From contig JAFATB010000001.1 in NCBI GenBank assembly GCA_019244185.1, positions 1 through 58,824 of the forward strand: a stretch of DNA of 58,824 bases, given 5' to 3'. The translations under genes and the position numbers were made by a program. The stretch is from Acidobacteriota bacterium (GTDB taxonomy: Bacteria > Acidobacteriota > Thermoanaerobaculia > Gp7-AA8). The notes under the pieces were generated by a model. That model was given only the letters and a program-made list of their open reading frames with translations, did not search any database and was not told where the DNA came from. Of this stretch, positions 10,433 through 20,634 are shown piece by piece (position 1 is the first letter of the stretch; each line of letters begins with the position of its first letter).

Positions 10433-11533
10433 TCAGAAGTGTTCCTGAATGCCGGCGTGCGTCTCCACCGCGTACGTCGCGGCGCCGAGCGCCGTCGTCA
10501 CGTAGTCGTGGAAACGTTTCGTGAGGAACGGATCGCCGTGCGTGAAGCGCGGCTCGATGTTCGAGTAATCGAGCTTCCGGAGCACGTCCTCTTTCGATGC
10601 GCCGGTCGCGATCAGTGACTTCGTCTGCGCGGCGATCGTGCGGAACGTGTCGATGAGCAGGTCGACGTAGGCGACGTCGTGCTGCACGGCGCCGTGGCCG
10701 GGAACGAGCGTCCTGAACTGCAGCGCCTTCAGCGTCTCCAGCACGGCGGGATAGCTGTCGGTGTAGGGACTCGGCATCAGCGGAATCGGCGCGGTGACGA
10801 TGTCGCCGGTGGCGAGCACTTTCTCCTGCGGCAGCCAGAGCACGACATCGCCCGCGGTGTGCGCGTTGCCCGGATGGATGAACTGCAGTTCGCGTCCGCC
10901 GAGGTGCAGCACGAGGCGATCGGTGAAGGTGACGTTCGGGACGACGAACGCCGTGCGGTGGTTCTCGTCGTCGAGTTGATCGAGCACGCCGCGACCGTTC
11001 GTCAGCCACGTGCGCTCCTGCGCGGTCAGCGGCCGCCCTTGCAGATCGAGCTCGTTCTTCAACGCCGCGTCGAGCGCCACGCGGATGTTCGGCACCATCG
11101 CCACGCGGCGCTTCAGCCACGCCTCCTGCGACGATGCGATGAAGTCGCGCGCGCACGGATGCGCGTAGATCGCGACGTGCGGATACGCGTCGACGATCGA
11201 CTGCAGGCCGCGCATGTGATCGCCGTGCCAGTGGCTGATGACGACGTGCGTGATCGGCTTGTCGGTGACCGATCGCACCTTCGCCACGATCGACGCGCCC
11301 ATCCGCGGCGAGCCGCCCGCGTCGAAGACGACCACGCCTTCGCTGGTGACGACGAAGACGGAGTTGCCTTCCTGCGGCAGCTCGAACGGATCCTGACGGA
11401 TGCCCGCCCAGACGTCGGGCGCGACTTGCTGCCACGAATATTCGAACGGATCGGCGGCGGCGCTACAAGCCAGCAGCAGATGGACGAGGAGGATGGCGAG
11501 CACGAAGGCGCGATGTCGATGCATCGCCTGCAC
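10433..11533 (-). CDS. Secreted MBL-fold metallo-hydrolase
   Basis: SHWHGDH, AHTAGD, TGD, VPGHG motifs; hydrophobic N-terminus. Confidence 0.9.
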   Translation of the reverse strand: MQAMHRHRAFVLAILLVHLLLACSAAADPFEYSWQQVAPDVWAGIRQDPFELPQEGNSVFVVTSEGVVVFDAGGSPRMGASIVAKVRSVTDKPITHVVISHWHGDHMRGLQSIVDAYPHVAIYAHPCARDFIASSQEAWLKRRVAMVPNIRVALDAALKNELDLQGRPLTAQERTWLTNGRGVLDQLDDENHRTAFVVPNVTFTDRLVLHLGGRELQFIHPGNAHTAGDVVLWLPQEKVLATGDIVTAPIPLMPSPYTDSYPAVLETLKALQFRTLVPGHGAVQHDVAYVDLLIDTFRTIAAQTKSLIATGASKEDVLRKLDYSNIEPRFTHGDPFLTKRFHDYVTTALGAATYAVETHAGIQEHF

Positions 11534-11592
11534 GATGGCTCCGCCACGCGTGCCGCGCTGTCACACTCTTGCTCGGTTGAACGCCGGCTCGC

Positions 11593-12438
11593 TCAGCGCG
11601 GCATCATCTGCTTGAGACGCGTGAAGTAGTCGGCGCCGGAGAGCCACTGGCCGCCGTCGATGACGAAGTTCTCGCCGGTGACGTAGCCGGCAAAGTCGGA
11701 GAGGAGATACGACGCCGCGTTGGCGATCTCCTCGAGCGTGGCGAAGCGCCGCAGCGGGATCGTCTTGCGGATGCCCTCGACGATCATCGGATCGGGGAAG
11801 AGCCGCTGCGCCGCGCCCGGCGTGTCGACGGGGCCGGGCGCGATCGCATTCACGCGGATCTTGTGGCGCGCCCATTCGACGGCGAGCGTCCGCGTCATCG
11901 CCAGCACGCCCGCTTTCGCCGCGGACGAATGAATGACGCCGGGGCCGCCGGTCCACGCGTAGTTCGCGATCACGTTCAGCATCGCGCCGCCGTTCTTCTT
12001 CTCGATCATCCGCTTGCCGACGGCGCTGGAGCAGTAGAACGTGCCGTTGAGCACGATGCCGATGACAGAGTTCCAGCCGTTCACGGACAGCTGTTCGGCC
12101 GGCACGATGAAGTTCCCGGCCGCGTTGTTGACCAGGAAGTCGATCTGACCGCGGTCGCTCTCGACTTTCGCCGCCATCGCCTCGACCGCTTCGGCATCGC
12201 GTACGTCGAGCACGTGATAGTGCGCGGCGTCGGCGCGGCCCGCGTGCGAGCGGATTTCCTCGACGGCGGTGCCGAGGTTTTCCTCTTTGCGGCTGGCGAT
12301 GACGACGGTCCCGCCGAGGCGCGCGACTTCTTTCGCGATGGAGAGACCGATGCCGGTGGCGCCGCCGGTGATGATGCCGACGCGATTGGCGAACGTGCTG
12401 TCTGGAAGCATCACCGGATCATATGTGATGTGCGGCAC
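11593..12438 (-). CDS. SDR oxidoreductase, 2,4-dienoyl-CoA reductase-like
   Basis: TGGATGIG, NNAAGNF, HSSAAKAGV, RVNAIAPGP. Confidence 0.88.
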   Translation of the reverse strand: MPHITYDPVMLPDSTFANRVGIITGGATGIGLSIAKEVARLGGTVVIASRKEENLGTAVEEIRSHAGRADAAHYHVLDVRDAEAVEAMAAKVESDRGQIDFLVNNAAGNFIVPAEQLSVNGWNSVIGIVLNGTFYCSSAVGKRMIEKKNGGAMLNVIANYAWTGGPGVIHSSAAKAGVLAMTRTLAVEWARHKIRVNAIAPGPVDTPGAAQRLFPDPMIVEGIRKTIPLRRFATLEEIANAASYLLSDFAGYVTGENFVIDGGQWLSGADYFTRLKQMMPR

Positions 12439-12455
12439 AGTAGAATCGCGGCGCG

Positions 12456-12776
12456 ATGAAACGTCTGATGCTTGCGTGCGTCCTCGCGCTTTTCGCGGCC
12501 GGCTGCGGCGGCAGCGACGACAAGGCGAAGCCGGTCAGCGAGCCGGGGGAGAAGCTGTACGAGATGCACGGGACGATCGTCTCGCGCAACCCGGCCGACA
12601 ACTCGCTGCACATCGACCACGATGCGATCCCCGGCTTCATGGAGGCGATGGCGATGGACTACACGGTGCGCGGCGCGAAGGTCGCGTCGCTGCCGCCGGA
12701 CCGCACGCGCGTCGCCGCGCGGCTGCACGTCACCGACCGCTCGTACTGGATCACGGACGTCAAGAAGAGCCAGTGA
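12456..12776 (+). CDS. CusF-like copper-binding lipoprotein
   Basis: Lipobox AAGC; H-x8-M-x2-M-x-M motif (DHDAIPGFMEAMAMDY). Confidence 0.8.
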   Translation: MKRLMLACVLALFAAGCGGSDDKAKPVSEPGEKLYEMHGTIVSRNPADNSLHIDHDAIPGFMEAMAMDYTVRGAKVASLPPDRTRVAARLHVTDRSYWITDVKKSQ

Positions 12777-13354
12777 GCGACGAGCGCCGGCAGTTTCAAC
12801 GCTTGTCGCTCGCCGAGCCGCTCGACGGCTGGTTCGGCGACTGGCCCGTGCGGCTCCTCGACGTGAGCGCGGTCGGCGCGCTCCTCGAAGCCGACGAGCC
12901 GCTGCCCGCCGGCGCCCGCGCGCTGCTGCGCTTCTTCTGGCGCGGACGCGAAGTGGAAGTGACGGCCGAGACGGTGCGCGCGAACGCGCTCGCGTTCGTC
13001 GACGACGCGCCGCTGCTCCGCGAGCTGATCGCGATTTCGGCGACCGAGCTCCTGCGCGCGCAGGAAGCGAATGCCACCGGCTCGCGCGAGGAGAACATCG
13101 TCGGCGAGCACACGCTGACGACGGCGTCGGCAGGCGTGCGCGTCTCGGGATACGTGACGTGGACGCTGGAGACCGGCGGCTGGAAAGTGCGCCCGTCGCT
13201 CCTGCGCGATCAGCCGCCGAACGGCTTCACGGTGTCCGCGAGCGAGGCGGCCGATCAGATCGCGCTGCTCTGCCGCACGTACGAGACCGGCGATGCCGAG
13301 GCGCGGAGGCTGACGAGGATGCTGGCGGAGTTGAGCGTGGCGGGGGACGAGTAG
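12773..13354 (+). CDS. PilZ-like domain protein with C-terminal extension
   Basis: GTG start overlapping upstream TGA; RxxxR (RRQFQR) and DxSxxG (DVSAVG) motifs. Confidence 0.7.
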   Translation: MSDERRQFQRLSLAEPLDGWFGDWPVRLLDVSAVGALLEADEPLPAGARALLRFFWRGREVEVTAETVRANALAFVDDAPLLRELIAISATELLRAQEANATGSREENIVGEHTLTTASAGVRVSGYVTWTLETGGWKVRPSLLRDQPPNGFTVSASEAADQIALLCRTYETGDAEARRLTRMLAELSVAGDE

Positions 13355-13372
13355 GCGCGCGCCCTACGCGAA

Positions 13373-14575
13373 CTACAGCGCCCCCACCATCACCACCCCC
13401 ACCCCCTCCCCTTTCTCGATGCGCGTCACTCTCTCTTCCACCACCGCCAAGCCATTCGCACCCACCATCGACGTGAGCGCGCCCGAGCCTTGCGTCGCGA
13501 GCGGTTCGGCGAACAGCTCTCCGTCCTGAACCGTCACGCGCACGCGGACGTAGACCCGCCGATCACCCGCGGAACGCAGCGGGGCGGCGGCGCGGGCGCG
13601 GACGGAAGGAGGGAGGAGACGCGTCTCCTGCCCCATGGCTTTCCTGAGGGCCGGAGCGACGAAGAGGTGGAAGGAGACAAAGCAGGAGACGGGATTCCCG
13701 GGCAGGCCGAAGACGACGCGATCCCGCAAACGCGAAAGCACGACCGGCTTGCCGGGCTTCATCGCCACGCGCCAGAACTTCGTCTCCGCGCCGAGCGATT
13801 CGAGCGCGTCCTTCACGAAATCGAACGCGCCGACCGAGACGCCGCCGGACGAGAGCACGAAGTCCGACTCGAGCGCGGCTTCGAGCGCGGCGATCGTCGC
13901 CTCGCGCGTGTCGCGCACGACGCCGAGGTTGCGCGGGAGTGCGCCGGCATCGCGCACGAGCGCTTCGAGGAGCGGGCCGTTGGTATTGACGATCTGCCCC
14001 GCCGCGCGCGGCGCGTCGAACTCCACGAGCTCGTCGCCGGTCGAGAAGATGGCCACGGTCGGACGGCGTCCCACGTCGACGCGCGACTTCTGCATCGCCG
14101 CGAGCATCGCCACTTCCGCCGGGCCAATGCGCGTGCCTGCGCGCAGGACGACGTCGCCCGCGCGCATGTCGCTGCCGCGACGGCGGATGTTCGCGCCGCG
14201 GGTCAGCGCGCGATCGATGCGCACCGAGTCGACGCCGCCGTCGGTGAGCTCGACCTGCACGACCGTATCCGCGCCGTCGGGAACGTACGCGCCGGTCATG
14301 ATGCGCATCGCGGTGCCGGGCTCCACGCGCGCGTCGATCGGATGCCCAGCGGCGATCGTGCCGGTCACGCGTAGCGTCGCGGGAACGTTCGCAACGTCCT
14401 CCGCGCGCAACGCGTAGCCGTCCATCGCGCTGTTGTCGCGTTCGGGCGCGTCGTACGCGGCGGCGACGTTCTCACGCAGGACGCGGCCCAGCGCGGCGCC
14501 GAGCGGCACGGCCTCAATCGGACCGGCCGCGACCTCCGCCAAAACGCGCTCCTGCGCTTCCTCCACGCGAATCAT
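13373..14575 (-). CDS. moeA: Molybdopterin molybdotransferase MoeA
   Basis: NSAMDGYA, RIMTGA, STGDEL, SSGGVSVG, MKPGKP, GLPGNP; ATG 14575 lies 7 nt after TATGAT. Confidence 0.95.
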   Translation of the reverse strand: MIRVEEAQERVLAEVAAGPIEAVPLGAALGRVLRENVAAAYDAPERDNSAMDGYALRAEDVANVPATLRVTGTIAAGHPIDARVEPGTAMRIMTGAYVPDGADTVVQVELTDGGVDSVRIDRALTRGANIRRRGSDMRAGDVVLRAGTRIGPAEVAMLAAMQKSRVDVGRRPTVAIFSTGDELVEFDAPRAAGQIVNTNGPLLEALVRDAGALPRNLGVVRDTREATIAALEAALESDFVLSSGGVSVGAFDFVKDALESLGAETKFWRVAMKPGKPVVLSRLRDRVVFGLPGNPVSCFVSFHLFVAPALRKAMGQETRLLPPSVRARAAAPLRSAGDRRVYVRVRVTVQDGELFAEPLATQGSGALTSMVGANGLAVVEERVTRIEKGEGVGVVMVGAL

Positions 14576-14616
14576 CGGCGAGATCATAGAATCGGTTTTG
14601 CAAGAGAGCTCATCCG

Positions 14617-15678
14617 ATGACTGCAAGCGAGCGCATTCCCGTCGCGATCCTCGGCGCCACCGGCTCCGTCGGCCAGCGTTTCATCCAGCTGCTCGCGGAC
14701 CATCCGTGGTTCCGCGTGGCCGAGGTCGTGGCCTCGGATCGCAGCGCGGGAAAAACGTACGGCGAGGCGGCGGGGTGGCGTCTCGAAACGCTGCTGCCTG
14801 ACGATATTGCCGCGATGACGGTGAAGAACCTCGGCGCGGACCTCACGTCGCGGCTCGTCTTCTCCGGACTCGATTCCTCCGTTGCCGGCGACGCGGAAGA
14901 CGACTACGCAAATCGCGGCTGCGCGGTGATCTCGAACGCGCGGAATCACCGCATGGACGCCGACGTCCCGCTGCTGATCCCGGAGGTCAATGCAAGTCAC
15001 GTCGACGCGATCGCCACGCAGCAACAGCGCTTCCGCAACCACGGCTACATCGTGACGAACCCCAACTGCTCGGTGATGGGACTCGCCATCGCGCTGGCGC
15101 CGCTCGAAAAAGAATTCGGCGTCGAAGCCGTGCACACCACGACGATGCAGGCCATCTCCGGCGCGGGATACGCGGGCGTCGCGTCGTACGCGATTCTCGA
15201 CAACGTGATTCCGTACATCGGCGGCGGCGAGGAAGATAAGATCGAAGCCGAGCCGCGGAAGATCCTCGGCAGCTGGACGAACGGCCGCTTCGAAGACGCG
15301 CCGCTGAAGATCTCCGCGCAGGTGAATCGCGTGCCCGTCATCGACGGACATCTGATGACCGCATCGGTGAAACTGCGTGGGCGCGCGCCGCTCGACGACG
15401 TCCGCCGCTGCCTCGAATCGTTCACCGGCGAGCCGCAGCGCCTCGGACTCCCTTCCGCGCCGCGGCATCCGATTCACTACATCGATGCGCAGGATCGTCC
15501 GCAGCCGCGGCTCGATCGCGACCGTGAGGGCGGCATGGCCGTTTCCGTCGGACGCCTGCGCGCGTGCCCGCTGCTCGACTTCCGCATGGTCGTCCTCGTG
15601 CACAACACGATTCGCGGCGCGGCGGGCGCGGCGATCCTGAATGCGGAGCTGTTGCACAGCCGAGGATTGCTGCCTTGA
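14617..15678 (+). CDS. asd: Aspartate-semialdehyde dehydrogenase
   Basis: GATGSVGQ, PLLIPEVN, NPNCS, QAISGAG, RVPVIDGH, HNTIRGAAG. Confidence 0.96.
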   Translation: MTASERIPVAILGATGSVGQRFIQLLADHPWFRVAEVVASDRSAGKTYGEAAGWRLETLLPDDIAAMTVKNLGADLTSRLVFSGLDSSVAGDAEDDYANRGCAVISNARNHRMDADVPLLIPEVNASHVDAIATQQQRFRNHGYIVTNPNCSVMGLAIALAPLEKEFGVEAVHTTTMQAISGAGYAGVASYAILDNVIPYIGGGEEDKIEAEPRKILGSWTNGRFEDAPLKISAQVNRVPVIDGHLMTASVKLRGRAPLDDVRRCLESFTGEPQRLGLPSAPRHPIHYIDAQDRPQPRLDRDREGGMAVSVGRLRACPLLDFRMVVLVHNTIRGAAGAAILNAELLHSRGLLP

Positions 15679-17045
15679 TCGTCATGAAATTCGGCGGGAC
15701 GTCGGTGGGCGATGCGGATCGCGTCGCGAACGCCATCGACATCGTCGCGGAACGGCGGCACCTGCAGCCGGTGGTCGTCGTCTCCGCGCTCGCCGGCGTC
15801 ACGAACGATCTCGTCGCTGCGGGCGAAGCGGCGCGCGCACAGGACCCGCGCCGCGTCAAAGAGATCATCGAAGGCGTGCGCCAGCGCCACGAAGACGTCG
15901 CGCTGCGGCTCGTGCAGCACAAGTCCGATTTCCTCGAGGCATTCATCAAGCAGCTCGACAAACAGATCGAGGAGATCGACACGATCCTGCGCGGCATCGC
16001 GCTCCTCGGCGAGATCACGCTCCGCGCGCGCGACAAGGTGATGTCGATCGGCGAGCGCCTCTCGTCGGTGCTCTTCGCGTACTCGATGATGATGCGCGCG
16101 CTGCCCGGCGAGTACGTCGCGGCGGAAGATGTCGTCATCACGGACGATCACTTCTGCGGCGCGTCGCCGCTGATGGACGACACGCGCGCGGCCGCGCAGC
16201 GCGCGCTCGCGCCGCTGCTCGAACGCAACCGCATCGCGGTGATGGGCGGCTTCATCGGCCGCACGCGCGAAGGCGCGACGACGACGCTCGGCCGCAACGG
16301 CTCCGACTACAGCGCGGCCATCGTCGGCGCCGCGCTCGGCGCGGACGAAGTGCAGATCTGGACCGACGTCGACGGCCTGCTGACGTGCGATCCGCGGCTC
16401 GTGCCGTCCGCGCGCGTCATCGACCGTTTGTCGTTCGACGAAGCCGCGGAGCTCGCGCAGTTCGGCGCGAAGCTCCACCCGCGCACGCTCGAGCCGGCGG
16501 TCGAGGCGAACATCTCCGTGCGCGTGCTCAACACGCACAACCCCGCATCGGCCGGTACGCTGATCACGCGCGCCGGCGCTGACGCGAGCGCAGGTCCGCG
16601 CTCGATCGCGCGCAAGAAGAACGTCGCCGTCGTGCACGTGACGTCGAACCGCATGCTCGGCGCGCACGGCTTTCTGGCGCGGCTCTTCGCCGAGTTTGAA
16701 GCGCTGGCGATCTCCGTCGATCTGATCGCGACTTCGGAAGTCTCCGTGACCGTCACCGTCGACGAAAAGCAGAACCTCGGCGCGCTGCAACAGAAGCTCG
16801 AGCAGATCGCCGAGCAGGTCGAAGTGATCGACAGCCAGTGCATTCTCGCCGTGGTCGGCCAGAACCTCATGTCCGACGCGCGCGTCGGCGCGCGCGTGCT
16901 GGAGGCGCTGCGCGGGATGCCGGTAAAGATGATCTCCCTCGGCCGCTCCGGTCTCAATCTCAGCATCGTGGTCGACGACGCGAATGCCGACGCCGCGGTG
17001 CAAACGATCCATCACGCGCTGTTCGAGGCGCCGGTGGCCGTATGA
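15675..17045 (+). CDS. lysC: Aspartate kinase
   Basis: KFGGTSV, TTTLGRNGSDYSA, WTDVDG, two ACT domains; TTG start overlaps the asd stop (alternative ATG 15684). Confidence 0.95.
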   Translation: MIVMKFGGTSVGDADRVANAIDIVAERRHLQPVVVVSALAGVTNDLVAAGEAARAQDPRRVKEIIEGVRQRHEDVALRLVQHKSDFLEAFIKQLDKQIEEIDTILRGIALLGEITLRARDKVMSIGERLSSVLFAYSMMMRALPGEYVAAEDVVITDDHFCGASPLMDDTRAAAQRALAPLLERNRIAVMGGFIGRTREGATTTLGRNGSDYSAAIVGAALGADEVQIWTDVDGLLTCDPRLVPSARVIDRLSFDEAAELAQFGAKLHPRTLEPAVEANISVRVLNTHNPASAGTLITRAGADASAGPRSIARKKNVAVVHVTSNRMLGAHGFLARLFAEFEALAISVDLIATSEVSVTVTVDEKQNLGALQQKLEQIAEQVEVIDSQCILAVVGQNLMSDARVGARVLEALRGMPVKMISLGRSGLNLSIVVDDANADAAVQTIHHALFEAPVAV

Positions 17046-17707
17046 AGCTCGCGCTGCACGGCTACGGGAAGATGGGGAAGACCATCGAGCGCGTCGCGTC
17101 CGAGGCGGGACACGAGGTGGTGTGCATCCTCGACGTCGATCGCGACGAGCCGCTCGCAGGGGCGGAAGTGCTGATCGACTTCTCGCACGCCAGCGCGCTC
17201 GATCGCGCGCTCGGCCTCGCATGCGAGCAGCACGTCGACCTCGTCATCGGCACGACCGGCTGGAACGAACGCATCGACGACGTGCGCGCGCGCGTCGCCG
17301 CCGCCGGCATCGGCTGCGTCTACGCGTCGAACTTTTCGCCCGGCGCGAACGTGATGTTCGCGCTCGCGCGCCGCGCGGGAGAGCTCTTCGGCCGCTTTCC
17401 GCAGTACGCCGCGGGCATGGAAGAGCGGCATCACGCGCAGAAGAAAGATGCGCCGAGCGGCACCGCGCTGAAGATCGCCGCGGAGGTGCGCGAAGGCAGC
17501 GGCGGCGCGCTCGAGCCGTCGATCGTTGCGTCGCGCGTCGGCGCGGAGTTCGGGCTGCACACGCTCTTCTTCGACTCGTCCGACGACGTGATCGAGCTCT
17601 CGCACCGCGCGCGCGGCCGTGAGGGATTCGCACGCGGCGCGGTCTTCGCAGCAGAGCGGGTGCGCGGGCGCAAAGGCCTCGTGCGATTCGACGAGCTATT
17701 GGAGTGA
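17042..17707 (+). CDS. dapB: 4-hydroxy-tetrahydrodipicolinate reductase
   Basis: GYGKMG, IGTTG, ASNFS, ERHHAQKKDAPSGTA. Confidence 0.95.
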   Translation: MKLALHGYGKMGKTIERVASEAGHEVVCILDVDRDEPLAGAEVLIDFSHASALDRALGLACEQHVDLVIGTTGWNERIDDVRARVAAAGIGCVYASNFSPGANVMFALARRAGELFGRFPQYAAGMEERHHAQKKDAPSGTALKIAAEVREGSGGALEPSIVASRVGAEFGLHTLFFDSSDDVIELSHRARGREGFARGAVFAAERVRGRKGLVRFDELLE

Positions 17708-17711
17708 AACG

Positions 17712-18587
17712 ATGTTTCGTGGCGTCGGAACGGCCCTCATCACCCCCTTCACCGATTCCGGCTCATTCGATGAAGCCGCGTACCAGCGCTTCGTCGACTG
17801 GCAGATTGAAGAAGGCATCAACTTCCTCGTGCCGTGCGGCACGACCGGCGAGAACCCGGCGCTCACTGCCGGCGAGCACCAGCGCGTCGTCGAAATGACG
17901 GTGAAGACCGCGAACGGCCGCGTGCCGGTGCTCGCGGGCGCAGGCAGCAACGGCACGCCGCGCGCCGTCGAGCTCGCGCAACAAGCCGCCGACCTCGGCG
18001 CGGACGGCCTCCTCACCATCACGCCGTACTACAACAAGCCGACGCCCGACGGCCTGCTCCGCCACTTCGGCGCGCAGGCGGAAGCGGTCGAGAAGCTGCG
18101 GCCCGGCTTCCCGATGATCATGTACAACGTGCCGGGACGCACGGGCCTCAACATGAGCGCGGAAACGACGCTGCGCATGGCGCGCGAGATCCCGAACATC
18201 GCCGGCGTGAAGGAAGCGTCGGGCAACATGGAGCAGATCCTCGCCATCCTGCGCGATCGTCCCGACGGCTTTCTCGTGCTGAGCGGCGACGACGCGTGGA
18301 CATTGCCGCTGCTCGCCGTCGGCGCGGACGGCGTCGTCTCCGTCGCGAGCAACGAGGTGCCGCGGCTCATGCGCGAGCTCGTCGACAACCGCGACGTCGC
18401 CATTCACAACCGCCTGCTGCCGCTCCTCACCGGCAACTTCCTCGAATCGAATCCCGGACCGGTGAAGGCGGCGCTGAAGATGATGGGCGTGCTGCAAAGT
18501 GATACGTTGCGCCCGCCGCTCGCGCCGCTCACCGCCGCGAGCAGCGAGAAACTGCGCACGATTCTGAAGGACTGCGGACTGCTGTGA
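17712..18587 (+). CDS. dapA: 4-hydroxy-tetrahydrodipicolinate synthase
   Basis: [38 protein letters not shown]. Confidence 0.96.
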   Translation: MFRGVGTALITPFTDSGSFDEAAYQRFVDWQIEEGINFLVPCGTTGENPALTAGEHQRVVEMTVKTANGRVPVLAGAGSNGTPRAVELAQQAADLGADGLLTITPYYNKPTPDGLLRHFGAQAEAVEKLRPGFPMIMYNVPGRTGLNMSAETTLRMAREIPNIAGVKEASGNMEQILAILRDRPDGFLVLSGDDAWTLPLLAVGADGVVSVASNEVPRLMRELVDNRDVAIHNRLLPLLTGNFLESNPGPVKAALKMMGVLQSDTLRPPLAPLTAASSEKLRTILKDCGLL

Positions 18588-19408
18588 TCACGATCGAAGA
18601 CCGCGTCAAAGCCCTCACGCCGAACACCGACCGCGTCGAAGCGGTGAAGACGATCGGCCTCTTTCTCACGGAGCTCGAGAAGGGCACCGCGCGTGCGGCG
18701 CAGCGCGACGCCGACGGTAACTGGCAGGCGCAGACGTGGGTCAAGCAGGGCATCCTGGCCGCGTTCCGCTTCGGCGTGCTCGCCGAGTTCGCGTCGGGCG
18801 CGCTCTCGTTCATCGACAAGGACACGATCCCCGCGCGGCGCTTTAAGATCGCCGACGGCGTGCGCATCGTTCCGGGCGGCACGTCCGTGCGGCGCGGCGC
18901 GTTCGTCGCGAAAGGCGTGGTGATGATGCCGCCGGCGTTCGTGAACGTCGGCGCGTACGTCGACGACGAGACCATGGTCGACTCGCACGCGCTGGTCGGC
19001 TCGTGCGCGCAGATCGGCAAGCGCGTGCATCTTTCCGCGGCCGCGCAGATCGGCGGCGTGCTCGAGCCGGTCGGCAACGTGCCGGTCGTCATCGAAGACG
19101 ACGTCGTCGTCGGCGGCAACTGCGGCATCTACGAAGGGACGATCGTCCGCGCGCGCGCGGTCATCGGCGCGGGCGTGGTGCTCACCGGCTCGACGCCGGT
19201 GTACGACGTCGTGCGCGGCCAGATCTATCGCCGCACCGCGGAGCGGCCGCTCGAGATTCCGTACGGCGCGGTCGTGATTCCCGGCGCGCGGCCGATGAAA
19301 GGCGCGTTCGCCGAACAGCACGGGCTGCACGTCGCCGCGCCGATGATCGTCAAATATCGCGACGAGAAGACCGACTCGTCGACCGCGCTCGAGGACGCGC
19401 TGCGGTAG
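18584..19408 (+). CDS. dapD: Tetrahydrodipicolinate N-succinyltransferase
   Basis: [30 protein letters not shown] hexapeptide-repeat signatures. Confidence 0.94.
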   Translation: MITIEDRVKALTPNTDRVEAVKTIGLFLTELEKGTARAAQRDADGNWQAQTWVKQGILAAFRFGVLAEFASGALSFIDKDTIPARRFKIADGVRIVPGGTSVRRGAFVAKGVVMMPPAFVNVGAYVDDETMVDSHALVGSCAQIGKRVHLSAAAQIGGVLEPVGNVPVVIEDDVVVGGNCGIYEGTIVRARAVIGAGVVLTGSTPVYDVVRGQIYRRTAERPLEIPYGAVVIPGARPMKGAFAEQHGLHVAAPMIVKYRDEKTDSSTALEDALR

Positions 19409-19434
19409 TCCGGAGCGAGGCGAGGAGCGCAGCG

Positions 19435-20634
19435 TTGCACATCCTGCAACTCGCCACGCGCGTGCCGTGGCCCGCGAACGACGGCGGGCGCGTGGCCATC
19501 GTGCAGATCACGCGCGGTCTCGCCGCCGGCGGCCGCGACGTCGACCTCCTCGCGCTCAATCCGCGCGAACAACGCGAGCACGTCGAGACCGCAGGCGCGG
19601 CGCTCTCGCCGGCGCGCGTCGATGCGGTCGACGTCGAGACCTCCGTCGCGCGCGGCGTCGTGCGTGCGCTGCGCGACCGCGCGCCGCTCCTCCCGTCGCG
19701 TTACGCGGCGAGCGCCTTCGCGCGCGTGCTGCGCGAGCGGCTGCGCGCGACACGCTACGACGTCGTGCACGTCGAGAGTCCGTATCTGCTCCCGTATCTG
19801 CCGCTGATCCGCGCGGAGTCGCGCGCGAAGGTCGTGATGCGCGCGCAGAACGTCGAGTTCCACGTCTGGGAAGCGCGCGCGCAGCAGGCCCGCGGCGTAC
19901 GGCGTCTCGCGTTGCAGCGCGTGGCCGCGTCGCTGCGCGCGTGGGAGATCGCGCGCATCAACGAATGCGACGCGCTGCTGCCGATCTCGCGCGCGGACGC
20001 CGAGGAGTTTCTCGCGCAGGGATGCCGCGTCCCGCTGCACGTGCTGCCGTGCGGCATCGAAGTCGGTGCGGCGCCGGCGCCGCCGGGCGATCCGTTCGCG
20101 TTCTACTTCGTCGGGGCGATGGAGCACGCGCCGAATGCCGACGCCGCGCGCTGGCTCGTGAACGAGCTCTGGCCGCGCGTCGTCGCGCGCGAGCCGCGCG
20201 TGCGCCTCACCATCGCCGGCAGCCGCTTCCCGCGCGCGCTGCAGGAATCGCTCGCCGCGCGCGGTGCCGCGATCGCCGCCGACGTTCCCGATCTCGCCGC
20301 GTTCGCCGCGCCGTTCGGCGCGATGCTCGCGCCGCTCTTCACCGCCAGCGGCATGCGCGTGAAAACGCTCGAAGCGATGGCTCTCGGCAAGCCGGTCGTC
20401 GCGAACGCGCTCGGCGTCGGCGGCATCGACGTCACTCCGAATGTGCACGCGTTCATCGCCAACGACGTCGATGCCTTCGCCGATGCGGTCGTCTCGTGCG
20501 CGCGCGAGCCCGAACGCGCGCGCAATGTCGGACTCGCGGGGCGCGCGCTCGCCGCGGAACGCTACGACGTCCATCGCGTCACCGGCGGCCTCGTCGACTT
20601 CTACGAACGATTGGTGCGAGACTCCGCGCGATGA
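19435..20634 (+). CDS. Glycosyltransferase family 4 protein
   Basis: ILQLATRVPWPANDGG, FVGAMEHAPN, SGMRVKTLEAMALGKPVV; TTG start inferred. Confidence 0.88.
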   Translation: MHILQLATRVPWPANDGGRVAIVQITRGLAAGGRDVDLLALNPREQREHVETAGAALSPARVDAVDVETSVARGVVRALRDRAPLLPSRYAASAFARVLRERLRATRYDVVHVESPYLLPYLPLIRAESRAKVVMRAQNVEFHVWEARAQQARGVRRLALQRVAASLRAWEIARINECDALLPISRADAEEFLAQGCRVPLHVLPCGIEVGAAPAPPGDPFAFYFVGAMEHAPNADAARWLVNELWPRVVAREPRVRLTIAGSRFPRALQESLAARGAAIAADVPDLAAFAAPFGAMLAPLFTASGMRVKTLEAMALGKPVVANALGVGGIDVTPNVHAFIANDVDAFADAVVSCAREPERARNVGLAGRALAAERYDVHRVTGGLVDFYERLVRDSAR

